Translations under genes and position numbers: made by a program
Shown here: piece by piece, positions 1 through 8,088 of the stretch
How positions within the stretch are numbered: the first letter of the stretch is position 1
How the letters are laid out: the number at the start of each line of letters is the position of its first letter
The notes under the pieces: generated by a model
Database searches by the model: none
What the model was told of the DNA's origin: nothing
Seen by the model: only the letters and a program-made list of their open reading frames with translations
Assembly (NCBI GenBank): GCA_045541795.1
Contig: JAZQJV010000003.1
Span: 1,623-65,622 of the forward strand
DNA length: 64,000 bases
Direction: 5' to 3'
Source: Patescibacteria group bacterium
GTDB taxonomy: Bacteria > Patescibacteriota > Microgenomatia > UBA1400 > PJMF01

Positions 1-1154
1 ATAGTTTTTTACTGATGGATGATCCAGAGTACAAGCAGCAAAATATTGCACTAGCCAATAATAGTCCCAAGACAGCGCTGGCCGGAGCGACACCACGACT
101 GATAGACGAGTGGCAGTTGGCGCCAAAGTTGTGGGATGCGGTACGTTTTGAGGTAGATCAGCGTGGACTGCCGTCACAATTTATCCTGACTGGCTCAGCC
201 GTACCTTTTGATATGACAGCGGTAGATCACTCAGGCACAGGGAGGATTGCATCATTATTGATGCGGCCAATGAGCCTTTTTGAATCTGGAGATTCTAGCG
301 GCAGCGTGAGTCTATCTGGACTATTTGCACAACCAGAACAAATAACTGGCACGAGCGACCTAAATCTGGAAAGACTGGCTTTTCTCACGTGCCGTGGTGG
401 CTGGCCAAAAGCGGTGGATTATAACAGCAACAAGGCACTCACTTTAGCGAAAACCTACTATGAGGGTTTGATAGAAAACGATATTATGCGTGTAGACGGC
501 ATACGGCGTAGCCGCAATATCGCCAATCGGATCTTGCGATCTTATGCCCGTTTCCAGGCGCAGCAAGTATCGCTGGAAAACATCAGAAAAGACACTGCTG
601 CCGGAGACGGTACAAGCTTAGGTATTGATACAGTTTACGATTACGTGGAAGCATTGCGTAAACTTTTTATCATCGAGGACTCACCGGCATGGAACCCTAA
701 CTTACGCTCAAAGGCAGCAATCCGGACTTCCGACACTAGGTATTTTGTTGATCCGTCCATCGCCACACAGGCTCTAGGCGTAAGCCCCCGTGACCTGATC
801 CAAGATTTACGGACTTTTGGATTTTTGTTTGAGACACTTTGCATCCGTGATTTGCGAGTTTATGCCGATGTAAAGGGTAAAAGTGTAAGTCATTACCGCG
901 ACAGCAACGGACTCGAGTGTGACAGCGTGATTCATTCTCAAGACGGCGAGTACGGGCTTATAGAAATAAAACTCGGCTCTGATGACGAGTCAATTAATCA
1001 GGCTGTGAAAACATTGCACGATATGGAAAAGGTGATTGATGACGAGGTGATGAGCAAGCCGTCATTCCTGATGATTTTGGTGGGTAACGGGCCGTACGCC
1101 TATCGGCGCGAGGACGGGATTTATGTGGTGCCGGTGGGCTGTTTGCGGGAGTGA
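1..1154 (+). CDS. AAA+ ATPase, DUF4143 family; C-terminal part, 5' end cut by the window edge
   Basis: The ORF 15..1154 is open to the window start. The ILTGSAVPFDM...GRIASLLMRPMSLFE segment matches the AAA_14-DUF4143 linker. It is paralogous to the ORFs at 24870 and 50065. Confidence 0.6.
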   Translation, partial: SFLLMDDPEYKQQNIALANNSPKTALAGATPRLIDEWQLAPKLWDAVRFEVDQRGLPSQFILTGSAVPFDMTAVDHSGTGRIASLLMRPMSLFESGDSSGSVSLSGLFAQPEQITGTSDLNLERLAFLTCRGGWPKAVDYNSNKALTLAKTYYEGLIENDIMRVDGIRRSRNIANRILRSYARFQAQQVSLENIRKDTAAGDGTSLGIDTVYDYVEALRKLFIIEDSPAWNPNLRSKAAIRTSDTRYFVDPSIATQALGVSPRDLIQDLRTFGFLFETLCIRDLRVYADVKGKSVSHYRDSNGLECDSVIHSQDGEYGLIEIKLGSDDESINQAVKTLHDMEKVIDDEVMSKPSFLMILVGNGPYAYRREDGIYVVPVGCLRE

Positions 1155-1158
1155 ATAC

Positions 1159-2973
1159 TCACATCTCCCTTTTCGCCGCCACACCCAGGCAGGCAAGCGC
1201 ATCTACGAGTACCGTCTGCGTGGCGGTGGCCGCCGCCATCATCAAGCGAGAGTGAGCAGGATCGGCCGTATCCAAGAGCTTGCGCGGCTGGCTCCAGAGA
1301 GCGTGGAAAGCGGCGGCCAGCTCATACAGGTAAGTGACTAAGATATACGGCGCGCGCTCGCGCGCACTCAGAGCGATGACACCCGGATACCGGGCGAGCG
1401 CGCGAGCCAGCGGCCGCAGTACAGTGAGTTCATCACTATCAGTGATCAGGAGTGCCGTATCGGCGGCCTGAAACTGGTAATCCTCACCAAAGAGTTTGCG
1501 GTACTGGCGAGACAATGAATACGTGCGCGTGGCGGCATACTGGATGTAATAGACCGGATTGTCACGGGAGCGCTCACGCACACGCACCAGATCAAAGGTC
1601 ATCGGTGTGTTGGCAGACTTCGTGAGGATGAAAAGTTTGAGTTCGTCTACGTCTACCTGGGCGAGGACATCGCGCAAAAGTAAAAAGTTGCCGGCTCTTT
1701 TGGACATTTTGTACGGCTGACCATCGCGCTCGAGACTGACGAGTTGCATCAACTGGACTTCTAGATGAGTGCGGCCGGACGAGAGCGCACTCACGGCCGC
1801 CTGTAGGCGGGCGACATAGCCGCCGTGGTCGGCGCCAAAAAGATTAAGGAGGACGGGGTAGCCACGGTGGATTTTGTCAAAGTGGTAAGCGATGTCACTG
1901 GCAAAATAAGTGGTAGTGCCGTCTGAGCGCGCCACCACGCGGTCACGGTCATCGCCGTAAGCGGTGGAGCGGAAAATGGTCTGAAGGCCGTCATCATGGC
2001 GTGATTTTTCTTCCTCAGCTTCATTGGCGGGACCACCTAGCGGCGCTTGTAGCTCACCCTGATACAAACAGGGTAACTGCCTGGTGATGCCGTCTTCATC
2101 CGTGACGGGACACGTCTGGCTGGCCAGCTGAGCCAAGGCCTGGCGCACGCTCCCCTGCTCCACGAGTGCTGTCTCAGACGTAAAACGGTCAAATTCTAGG
2201 CCGAGCAGGGTAAGGTCGGCGCGGATCTGATCGAGCATAGAGGCGACAGCTTCATCCTTGAAACGGGCAAAAAAACTGTCTTCATCCAGATCTGCAAACT
2301 GGTCGCCATACTGATCGTGCCAGGCGGCGGCCAGCGGCAGCAAGTAGTCGCCCGGATAGCAGCCCTCAGGGACATTTTGGCCCTGGTGGCGGCCGCAAGC
2401 TTGCTGGTAGCGGAATTGCAGCGAGCGCAGCAGCGTGCGGATCTGCACGCCGTAGTCATTGACATAATACTCCGTGGTGACGCGGTAGCCGGCTTTGGTG
2501 AGCAAGCGCGCGAGCGCGAGACCCAAGACGGCGCCACGCGTGTGGCCGATATGCAAGGGGCCGGTGGGGTTGGCAGAGATGAATTCTAGTAAAATGTCTG
2601 CTGGGGCGGCCGGGTCAGCATCTGGCGGTGGGACGGCCGGCGCACCAAAACGGCGACCAGCAGTGATGACGCCGGCAAAGAAATCAGCCCAAGCGGCAGG
2701 CGTGAAGGAAATATTGACGTAAGCGCCGGCGGGCGCGGCCGACTGGACAAAAGGGAGCGCGGTAAATTTCTCCGCTAAGTCGGCAGCGATCGCCTGTGGC
2801 GGCCGGTGCAAAGCGCCGGCCAAAACCATAGCGGCATTGGTGGCGTAGTCAGCGTCTAGGTGTGCGGGTGGCAGCGAAAAGCGGAGCTTGCTGGCGACCG
2901 ACTGGAAGTCGTCGCCAGCAAAATTGGCGATGACGGCCGTAAGGTCCCTCTGGGCGCGGGCAAAAATATCCAT
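1159..2973 (-). CDS. argS: arginine--tRNA ligase
   Basis: 604 aa with HIGH motif (PLHIGHTRGAVLG), KMSK motif (KMSKRAGNF), and an anticodon-binding C-terminal domain. Confidence 0.9.
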   Translation of the reverse strand: MDIFARAQRDLTAVIANFAGDDFQSVASKLRFSLPPAHLDADYATNAAMVLAGALHRPPQAIAADLAEKFTALPFVQSAAPAGAYVNISFTPAAWADFFAGVITAGRRFGAPAVPPPDADPAAPADILLEFISANPTGPLHIGHTRGAVLGLALARLLTKAGYRVTTEYYVNDYGVQIRTLLRSLQFRYQQACGRHQGQNVPEGCYPGDYLLPLAAAWHDQYGDQFADLDEDSFFARFKDEAVASMLDQIRADLTLLGLEFDRFTSETALVEQGSVRQALAQLASQTCPVTDEDGITRQLPCLYQGELQAPLGGPANEAEEEKSRHDDGLQTIFRSTAYGDDRDRVVARSDGTTTYFASDIAYHFDKIHRGYPVLLNLFGADHGGYVARLQAAVSALSSGRTHLEVQLMQLVSLERDGQPYKMSKRAGNFLLLRDVLAQVDVDELKLFILTKSANTPMTFDLVRVRERSRDNPVYYIQYAATRTYSLSRQYRKLFGEDYQFQAADTALLITDSDELTVLRPLARALARYPGVIALSARERAPYILVTYLYELAAAFHALWSQPRKLLDTADPAHSRLMMAAATATQTVLVDALACLGVAAKREM

Positions 2974-2982
2974 AATGTATTA

Positions 2983-3011
2983 ATTATACCACAAAACGGC
3001 CCTTTTGTCAA
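2983..3011 (-). promoter_or_regulatory. sigma70-type promoter for argS (TTGACA-17-TATAAT, TGTGG extended -10), 9 nt upstream of the ATG
   Basis: Minus-strand TTGACAAAAGGGCCGTTTTGTGGTATAAT. Near-identical to the elements at 7669 and 8603. Confidence 0.5.
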
Positions 3012-3035
3012 GAGGTAATTTCCAGATAAAAAACG

Positions 3036-4202
3036 TTATAGGCTCAGCAGGCTGTCGCCGGAGGTGGCCACACAAAGTTCGCTGTAGAGCCGCTGGAGGC
3101 GGGCGTAGTCACCACGCTGCAGGTAGCGGCCATCCACAAAACGGTCGAGCTGGCCGGCCCAGGAACCAGATTGGACGTAATATTCGGTGTCATGTAGGGC
3201 CTGCCGGCCAGCGTGCACACTGGAGCGGTAATTTTGCCCGACCCGTTTGCCGGCCTTGAGGCCGTAACGGGTGGCGATACCGCCCACAAAAGGAATGCCG
3301 TAGGCGGCGGGCTGCAAGATGGTCTTTTTGTGATTGAGCTGGAGGCACAAGTGGAGCCGCAAAAACTCGTCGATGGCGTCTCGGGCGGCCAAAAGCCGGT
3401 CTTTGTCTGGATCAAGCAGGATCATGTCATCCACATAGCGGCCGTAATACTTGATGCCGAGCACATCTTTGACGAAATGATCGAGTTCTCCCAGATAGAT
3501 ATTGGAAAAAAGTTGACTGGTGAGATTGCCGATGGGGAAGCCGCGGTCGTCTGGGACGCCAAAAAGTGTCTTGTAGGCAGGCAAATCATCCCAGCCGTGG
3601 AGGTCGCCGCGCATACAGACACGGTAGGTAGGTCGAGCGAGGATGATAATGGGCAGGAGGTAGCGGAGCAAATCCATCATTTCTGGTTTGATCCTAGATT
3701 TGGGATCGGTGTACATCCGCTCGATGATCTGGAGCATTTTGCCGTGATGGATGCTAGTGAAATAGCTCTGGATGTCGAGCTTGAGCATCCAGGCGGGGCG
3801 GGTGAAATTGTGCGTCACTCGCCGCTGGAACTCCATGGCGCGCTCCATAGCAAAATGCGTGCCTTTGCCATGGCGGCAAGAGTAAGAATCAAAAATGAAA
3901 TGCCGCTCCCAGTAGGGATTGATGGCGTCAAAAACTAAGTGATGGACCACGCGATCACGGAAGGTGGCAGCAAAAACTTCGCGCTTTTTGGGCTCGGTGA
4001 CGATAAAGGCAATACTGGGCCCCAGCTCGTAAGTACGCGCAGCCAGATCGCGGTAGAGAGTGTAGAGATTGCGCTCGAGGTCAAGCTCAAAAAGGAGCTG
4101 ATTGGCGGTGGAGCGCTTATGGCGGCGAGCCTCAAAATAAGCAGTAAAAAGACGGTCAAAAATCCACTCCTGTTCTAATCCTACGGGATGGTGAACAATC
4201 AT
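3036..4202 (-). CDS. diversity-generating retroelement (DGR) reverse transcriptase
   Basis: 388 aa with RT motifs including YVDDMILL. The motif-4 region reads GFPIGNLTSQLFSNIYL, carrying the DGR-specific I/LGxxxSQ in place of QGxxxSP. A TR/VR pair lies immediately upstream on the same strand. Confidence 0.85.
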   Translation of the reverse strand: MIVHHPVGLEQEWIFDRLFTAYFEARRHKRSTANQLLFELDLERNLYTLYRDLAARTYELGPSIAFIVTEPKKREVFAATFRDRVVHHLVFDAINPYWERHFIFDSYSCRHGKGTHFAMERAMEFQRRVTHNFTRPAWMLKLDIQSYFTSIHHGKMLQIIERMYTDPKSRIKPEMMDLLRYLLPIIILARPTYRVCMRGDLHGWDDLPAYKTLFGVPDDRGFPIGNLTSQLFSNIYLGELDHFVKDVLGIKYYGRYVDDMILLDPDKDRLLAARDAIDEFLRLHLCLQLNHKKTILQPAAYGIPFVGGIATRYGLKAGKRVGQNYRSSVHAGRQALHDTEYYVQSGSWAGQLDRFVDGRYLQRGDYARLQRLYSELCVATSGDSLLSL

Positions 4203-5197
4203 TGGTTTTCGCTATCTGATTCGAATTGATGATCGGTTTTATTTTGCCAAGCGGCGAGGCTCTCATCCACCAGTACTTTGTATTTCATGAGCGTCGCCAG
4301 GTTTTCTGCCCGGAAAGCGCCGCATTCATACGCCAGGCGTAGGAGGAAAGAGACGGTGGCCATATCATCCTGGAGGTTGGAGAGATGCCGCCTGGAGACG
4401 TACCAAGTGTGATCTTGATCAGCGTCATACAGACAGCGGAAATTGTTTTCCATATCTATGATGAGCTGTAAGATAGTGGGTTGGAGCGAGGCTTTGTAAG
4501 CATGCTGGAAATGATTGGTACGGATGAAGGCTTCTTTGAGAAATTGGAAGAGGTAATTATACGTCTCCACGTTGGCATAGATAGGCCGGAGCTTGGCGAC
4601 GTTGGAGTCTTGAGCGATACATTCTTGGGCGTACCAGCGCTGGTAAGCTTTATTGTCTATGGGCGGCAGGCCTTTGAGGACGAGGCCATAGCAGTCTCCT
4701 TTTTTACCTTCGATCAGCTCCCAGGTGGCGTTATTATCAAGCGCACGCTCAAAAACGGCAGGCAGCGAGGCGACAGGAATACCTACACGCAGCAGGCGCT
4801 CGTCTTTTTGTGGCGGCTTGTCGCCGCGTACGGTAAGCCCCGGGCGCAGCAGCGTCAGCATCCGGTAAGCGCTGACATTATACGCATTGAGAAAATCACC
4901 AGTCGTCCAGAGGTAGACTTCGTTTTTGTTCATGGATTCTGCTTTGTAGATGTATTGGAGGTCGGCCGGGATGACTTTGACGTCGAGCACCGGGAGGGTC
5001 ACGCCCTTAGCGATCAGACGCTCGTACGCATCGCGGGCGGTTTTATTCACTGGGATTTTGGGGGATTTGGGATCCGGCGAGGAGGGAAAAGTGGAAGCCT
5101 TAGAGGCTTTATCTGGCATGACTATCCTTTCTATAATAATTCTTATGCCTAATTTGTTTACTAGAAGAATTGATAGCCGCCAGATGCGAGACGGCAA
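4199..5197 (-). CDS. hypothetical protein, candidate DGR accessory factor (not Avd-like in size)
   Basis: The 332-aa ORF overlaps the RT start by 4 nt (ATGA coupling) and sits between TR and RT. No recognisable family. The true start may be an internal Met (M27). Confidence 0.45.
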   Translation of the reverse strand: MPSRIWRLSILLVNKLGIRIIIERIVMPDKASKASTFPSSPDPKSPKIPVNKTARDAYERLIAKGVTLPVLDVKVIPADLQYIYKAESMNKNEVYLWTTGDFLNAYNVSAYRMLTLLRPGLTVRGDKPPQKDERLLRVGIPVASLPAVFERALDNNATWELIEGKKGDCYGLVLKGLPPIDNKAYQRWYAQECIAQDSNVAKLRPIYANVETYNYLFQFLKEAFIRTNHFQHAYKASLQPTILQLIIDMENNFRCLYDADQDHTWYVSRRHLSNLQDDMATVSFLLRLAYECGAFRAENLATLMKYKVLVDESLAAWQNKTDHQFESDSENQ

Positions 5198-5228
5198 CTA
5201 GATAAGGAGTGCGGGCAGAATTAAATGT

Positions 5229-5412
5229 GTCTTGGAGGCAGCGCACCGAAAACCCGTTGTACTTATTGTTGTTGTTCTGCGGGTAGATATTACTAGAATT
5301 CAAGTTCAGGTTGTACGCGTTCGTCGTTGAGTTAAGAGAGCTAGACCACCAGTTGGCGTTCGAGCCTTGATTGTTCAGCGAGGAACCATTGGCGTTGCCT
5401 GAGATAGCAGAC
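5229..5412 (-). repeat. DGR template repeat (TR)
   Basis: 184 bp, identical to 6236..6419 except 16 positions. Every one is T on the plus strand (A on the coding strand) in TR. It encodes the N-rich (AAC) version of the VR peptide. Confidence 0.85.
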
Positions 5413-6219
5413 AGACTCCGGGAAACCTGGGCGAGCCGCACGGCCCAGCCAGCCGAAATCCCAACAACCTGGTGCCAGCCGGGTACACGGCTATGCTGCA
5501 GTTGATCGCTCACCCACGGGGAAGCAAAAGAAGAAAAAGAAGAAAAGAGGCAGTGACAAGTACACAGACCAACAGCCCGTGTACACACTGGTGTGGACTT
5601 ACGCGCGGATGGCATCCACCCGAACTTGTAGCGCAAGTAGATCAATAGACTCAATCCTTCATGAGCCGGCGTCAGATAACCGCCAAAAGGTCGCAGTCGG
5701 CCAAGCCGACCAGCGAGCCCGGGCCCGACTACCCGCTCCTTACCTAGTTGTACCTCTAACTTAAAGAGCCACCCAGCTGGCGCAGCCAGCGGATCGGATA
5801 GACCACCCGCCAGCTCGGCTGGGTGCCGTCTCATAACCGCTCCAGTATAGCAGACATGCTGGCTCTTGTCAAGAGTGAATTGGGAGGAGCTGGTTTTTGA
5901 TATAGTTTGTATCATTTGTCCTTTTTTGGGCGCGGCCTGCGGCGCTTAGCGCCGCAGGCCATTGCCCTGCATCTTAGAGAGTAGAAAGTTTAGCGTTGGC
6001 TAGTAGTAGTTCCTTCAGGTGCCCTACCGGGAACCCTCGGGTGTCTGGGGCTGGCGCCAGATGGACGTCGCTGGGGCGGGCCGCAATGCGTGCGGCCGCC
6101 GGAGAGCTCCTATCTGGCCTGCCGCCAGGAGTTACCTGATCTAAAGTGTTTGGTGGTAAAGTTTTTTGTTCTTTCATATTTACTTTCTTAGTGATCTGTT
6201 TGATATAGTTTGCCATAAA

Positions 6220-7455
6220 TTAATAGTCTTGGAGGCAGCGCACCGAAAACCCGTAGTACTTAGCGTTGTTGTTCTGCGGGTAGATATTACTAGAACCCAA
6301 GCCCAGGTTGTACGCGCCCGTCGTTGAGTTAAGAGAGCTAGACCACCAGAAGGCGCCCGAGCCTTGATAGTACAGCGAGGAACCATGGGCGTTGCCTGAG
6401 ATAGCAGACTTCCCCGAGGCATTCCAAGCATTGGCGCCGCTAGTCCTAAACCAATTCCATGACGTAGCACAATCGCTACTCGTACAACCATGACTCACAC
6501 TACTTCCTTGGACCGCGTCGGCCAATGCTTGGAATTCTTCTTTGGTGGGTACATGCCAACCAATGGGACAAATATCATGGGTGGCTTCAGTAGTCCCATT
6601 GGTACGGTTATTATATGTACCATTGTAATTGGCAGTGGAATTATTCATCGCCGCCTGCCAGTTATAAAGGAAACCGTCATAGTTACCGCCGTCGGCAGCA
6701 TTACGGCAGATACCGTAGTAGCCGGAGGCGACTTTGTTTTGGACGGAGCCTTGGTAGCTAGCATTGAAATCATTACCCGTGAGGCTGGCACAATTGCCAA
6801 ATTGGAGGTTTTGAGCCATCCAGCAGTGACCATCTATAAATTTGCGGATGATGTATTGCTTATTGTCACGGGCATCGGTGAGCGTGCCCACGGTGGTGTA
6901 GCCAGTGCGCGATGTGGGCGTGGCAAATTGAGCACAGGCTGCCTTGGTAAAAGATTGCATGGTGGAACCGATACAAGTACACTGCTCGGTGGCACTATTA
7001 TAGATATAGGCATCCGAGCAGTCACAGCCCACACCATTGCCGATGCATTTACTAGTGGTGGCGTCCCAGGTGCTATTGTCGCCACAGTAATTGGAGCCGG
7101 TACACTGTTGGGTGTAGGCATTGGCAGAGGTGAAGCATTTGGCGTAGGCATTGGGATAGGTGACGCCGTCGGGGCAAGCGGTGGTGGCGGCAGACGTCCA
7201 GGTGTTATCGGCCGTGCGGATGAGTTTTAGTTGGCCGCCAGTGGCGATCACAGAGGCGAGGTCGGTATCAATGAGTTTGCGGGTGGTAGTGGTAGAAGAG
7301 GCAGCGTGGGCGGTGGGAATCAACCCCTCCCCTCTGGCACTGCGTGCCACCTCCCCTCCGTAAGGGGAGGAGTTATAAGAAGTGGGGGCTATGAGGGCTC
7401 GCCCCCCCCCAACGCATTTTGGGCCACCCCAAGGATGGCGGCAAGCACCAGACAA
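6220..7455 (-). CDS. DGR target (variable) protein; Cys-rich N-region plus C-terminal FISUMP/Fib_succ_major domain (C-type lectin fold)
   Basis: Motifs HCWMAQNL, FLYNWQAA, ICPIGWHVPT, WWSSS, GFSVRCLQDY. The VR covers the last ~60 codons. The ORF as called starts at a TTG. An ATG plus signal peptide lies upstream in another frame. Confidence 0.8.
   Translation of the reverse strand: MSGACRHPWGGPKCVGGGRALIAPTSYNSSPYGGEVARSARGEGLIPTAHAASSTTTTRKLIDTDLASVIATGGQLKLIRTADNTWTSAATTACPDGVTYPNAYAKCFTSANAYTQQCTGSNYCGDNSTWDATTSKCIGNGVGCDCSDAYIYNSATEQCTCIGSTMQSFTKAACAQFATPTSRTGYTTVGTLTDARDNKQYIIRKFIDGHCWMAQNLQFGNCASLTGNDFNASYQGSVQNKVASGYYGICRNAADGGNYDGFLYNWQAAMNNSTANYNGTYNNRTNGTTEATHDICPIGWHVPTKEEFQALADAVQGSSVSHGCTSSDCATSWNWFRTSGANAWNASGKSAISGNAHGSSLYYQGSGAFWWSSSLNSTTGAYNLGLGSSNIYPQNNNAKYYGFSVRCLQDY
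6236..6419 (-). repeat. DGR variable repeat (VR) at the 3' end of the target gene
   Basis: Aligned with TR 5229..5412. Differences are A->N only: H/N, YY/NN, GAF/NAN, G/N, G/N, A/N, Y/N. Confidence 0.85.
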
Positions 7456-7514
7456 GTACCGGTGGCTATTGCCCGGTGTGAGTGTATGTTGTTTTTGTTT
7501 TTCATCTTTTTCAT
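7389..7514 (-). CDS. signal-peptide-encoding 5' segment of the DGR target gene, out of frame with the body in this assembly
   Basis: ATG at 7514 gives MKKMKNKNNIHSHRAIATGTCLVLAAILGVAQNALGGGEPS*. One extra G in the G9 tract would fuse it in frame to ...RALIAPTSYNSSPY of ORF 6220..7455. Confidence 0.4.
   Translation of the reverse strand: MKKMKNKNNIHSHRAIATGTCLVLAAILGVAQNALGGGEPS
7402..7410 (-). other. homopolymeric tract (C9 on plus strand, G9 on coding strand); candidate slipped-strand phase-variation site or homopolymer sequencing error
   Basis: Read directly at 7401-7410 as gccccccccc. With G10 the signal peptide and lectin body are in frame. Confidence 0.6.
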
Positions 7515-7576
7515 ATGTTTTACCGCAATATGCGAGGCGGCTCTTCCTACTTTGTAACTATTTTAGATGTGAGATG

Positions 7577-7605
7577 ATATTAGCACGGGTGGCGGGATTT
7601 GTCAA
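7577..7605 (-). promoter_or_regulatory. candidate promoter of the DGR target gene (TTGACA-17-TAATAT)
   Basis: Minus strand reads cccTTGACAaatcccgccacccgtgcTAATAT, about 60 nt upstream of ATG 7514. Confidence 0.35.
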
Positions 7606-7668
7606 GGGGATCGCGGAGCTAAGATGAGATGGCGGGCGTTTGGGTGATTAGAGGCTGGATATTGCCTC

Positions 7669-7697
7669 TTGACAAAATGGTAGTTTTGTGGTATAAT
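7669..7697 (+). promoter_or_regulatory. consensus promoter TTGACAAAATGGTAGTTTTGTGGTATAAT with no downstream plus-strand gene
   Basis: Perfect -35/-10 with a 17-nt spacer. It is one member of a family of three near-identical 29-bp elements. It points antisense to the tRNA region. Confidence 0.45.
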
Positions 7698-7739
7698 GGG
7701 GTAAGTCCTTAGAGATTTGAGGACGGTTCTTATAAAAAT

Positions 7740-7858
7740 CGATCAATTCTGGGAAAATTAAGTCCTGCTAGGCGGCAATTTTCTGTAGAAATGCAAGTTA
7801 TCGGATTGCGTTTCTCGTTAAAAGGTGAAAATTGCTGGTGTCGGCTGACAACGCCTCC
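7740..7858 (-). pseudogene. degenerate tRNA-like fragment (5' acceptor, D stem, CCGATAA hairpin, variable arm; no T arm or 3' acceptor)
   Basis: It begins GGAGGCGTTGTCA, identical to the first 13 nt of the tRNA at 8004. It shares the loop CCGATAA and CGCCTAGCAGG with that tRNA. Confidence 0.3.
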
Positions 7859-7922
7859 TGGAATTGGTCGATTTTTGCGTTTGGATATCTTTGACCCCAC
7901 CGGGTGAACCCAATTACGCCAG

Positions 7923-8004
7923 CGGAGGCGATGGGCTTCGAACCCACAAGCCCTGCTAGGGCGACGACTTATCGGATCGTGTGTCTTTCCAATGACAACG
8001 CCTC
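7923..8004 (-). tRNA. tRNA, class II-like (long variable arm); anticodon loop CCGATAA, identity unresolved
   Basis: Acceptor GGAGGCG/CGCCTCC plus discriminator G. D arm GTC-ATTGGAAA-GAC. T arm GTGGG-TTCGAAG-CCCAT. Variable stem CCCT/AGGG. Its own TATAAT lies about 30 nt upstream on the minus strand. Confidence 0.5.
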
Positions 8005-8088
8005 CGTGAGTCCACCCGATAAGGTAAAGATGATGTATTATATCATGGTTTGATGGCATTTTGACGGAGAAATGCCCCGCCCCCCCCT

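Noticed and set aside
5109-5915. 268-aa minus-strand ORF spanning the DGR template repeat
   Set aside because: It contains the noncoding TR and a GC-rich hairpin region. Its composition is not protein-like (runs of G/L/R/P, no motifs). It was read as the DGR spacer/TR RNA region rather than a gene.
5974-6216. 80-aa basic ORF between the DGR target and TR, considered as a possible Avd
   Set aside because: It is too short, has no helical-bundle-like pattern, and lies in the VR-proximal noncoding region. Not supported.
7730-8059. 109-aa minus-strand ORF
   Set aside because: It overlaps the tRNA and the pseudo-tRNA fragment. It is an artefact of an AT-poor structured-RNA region.
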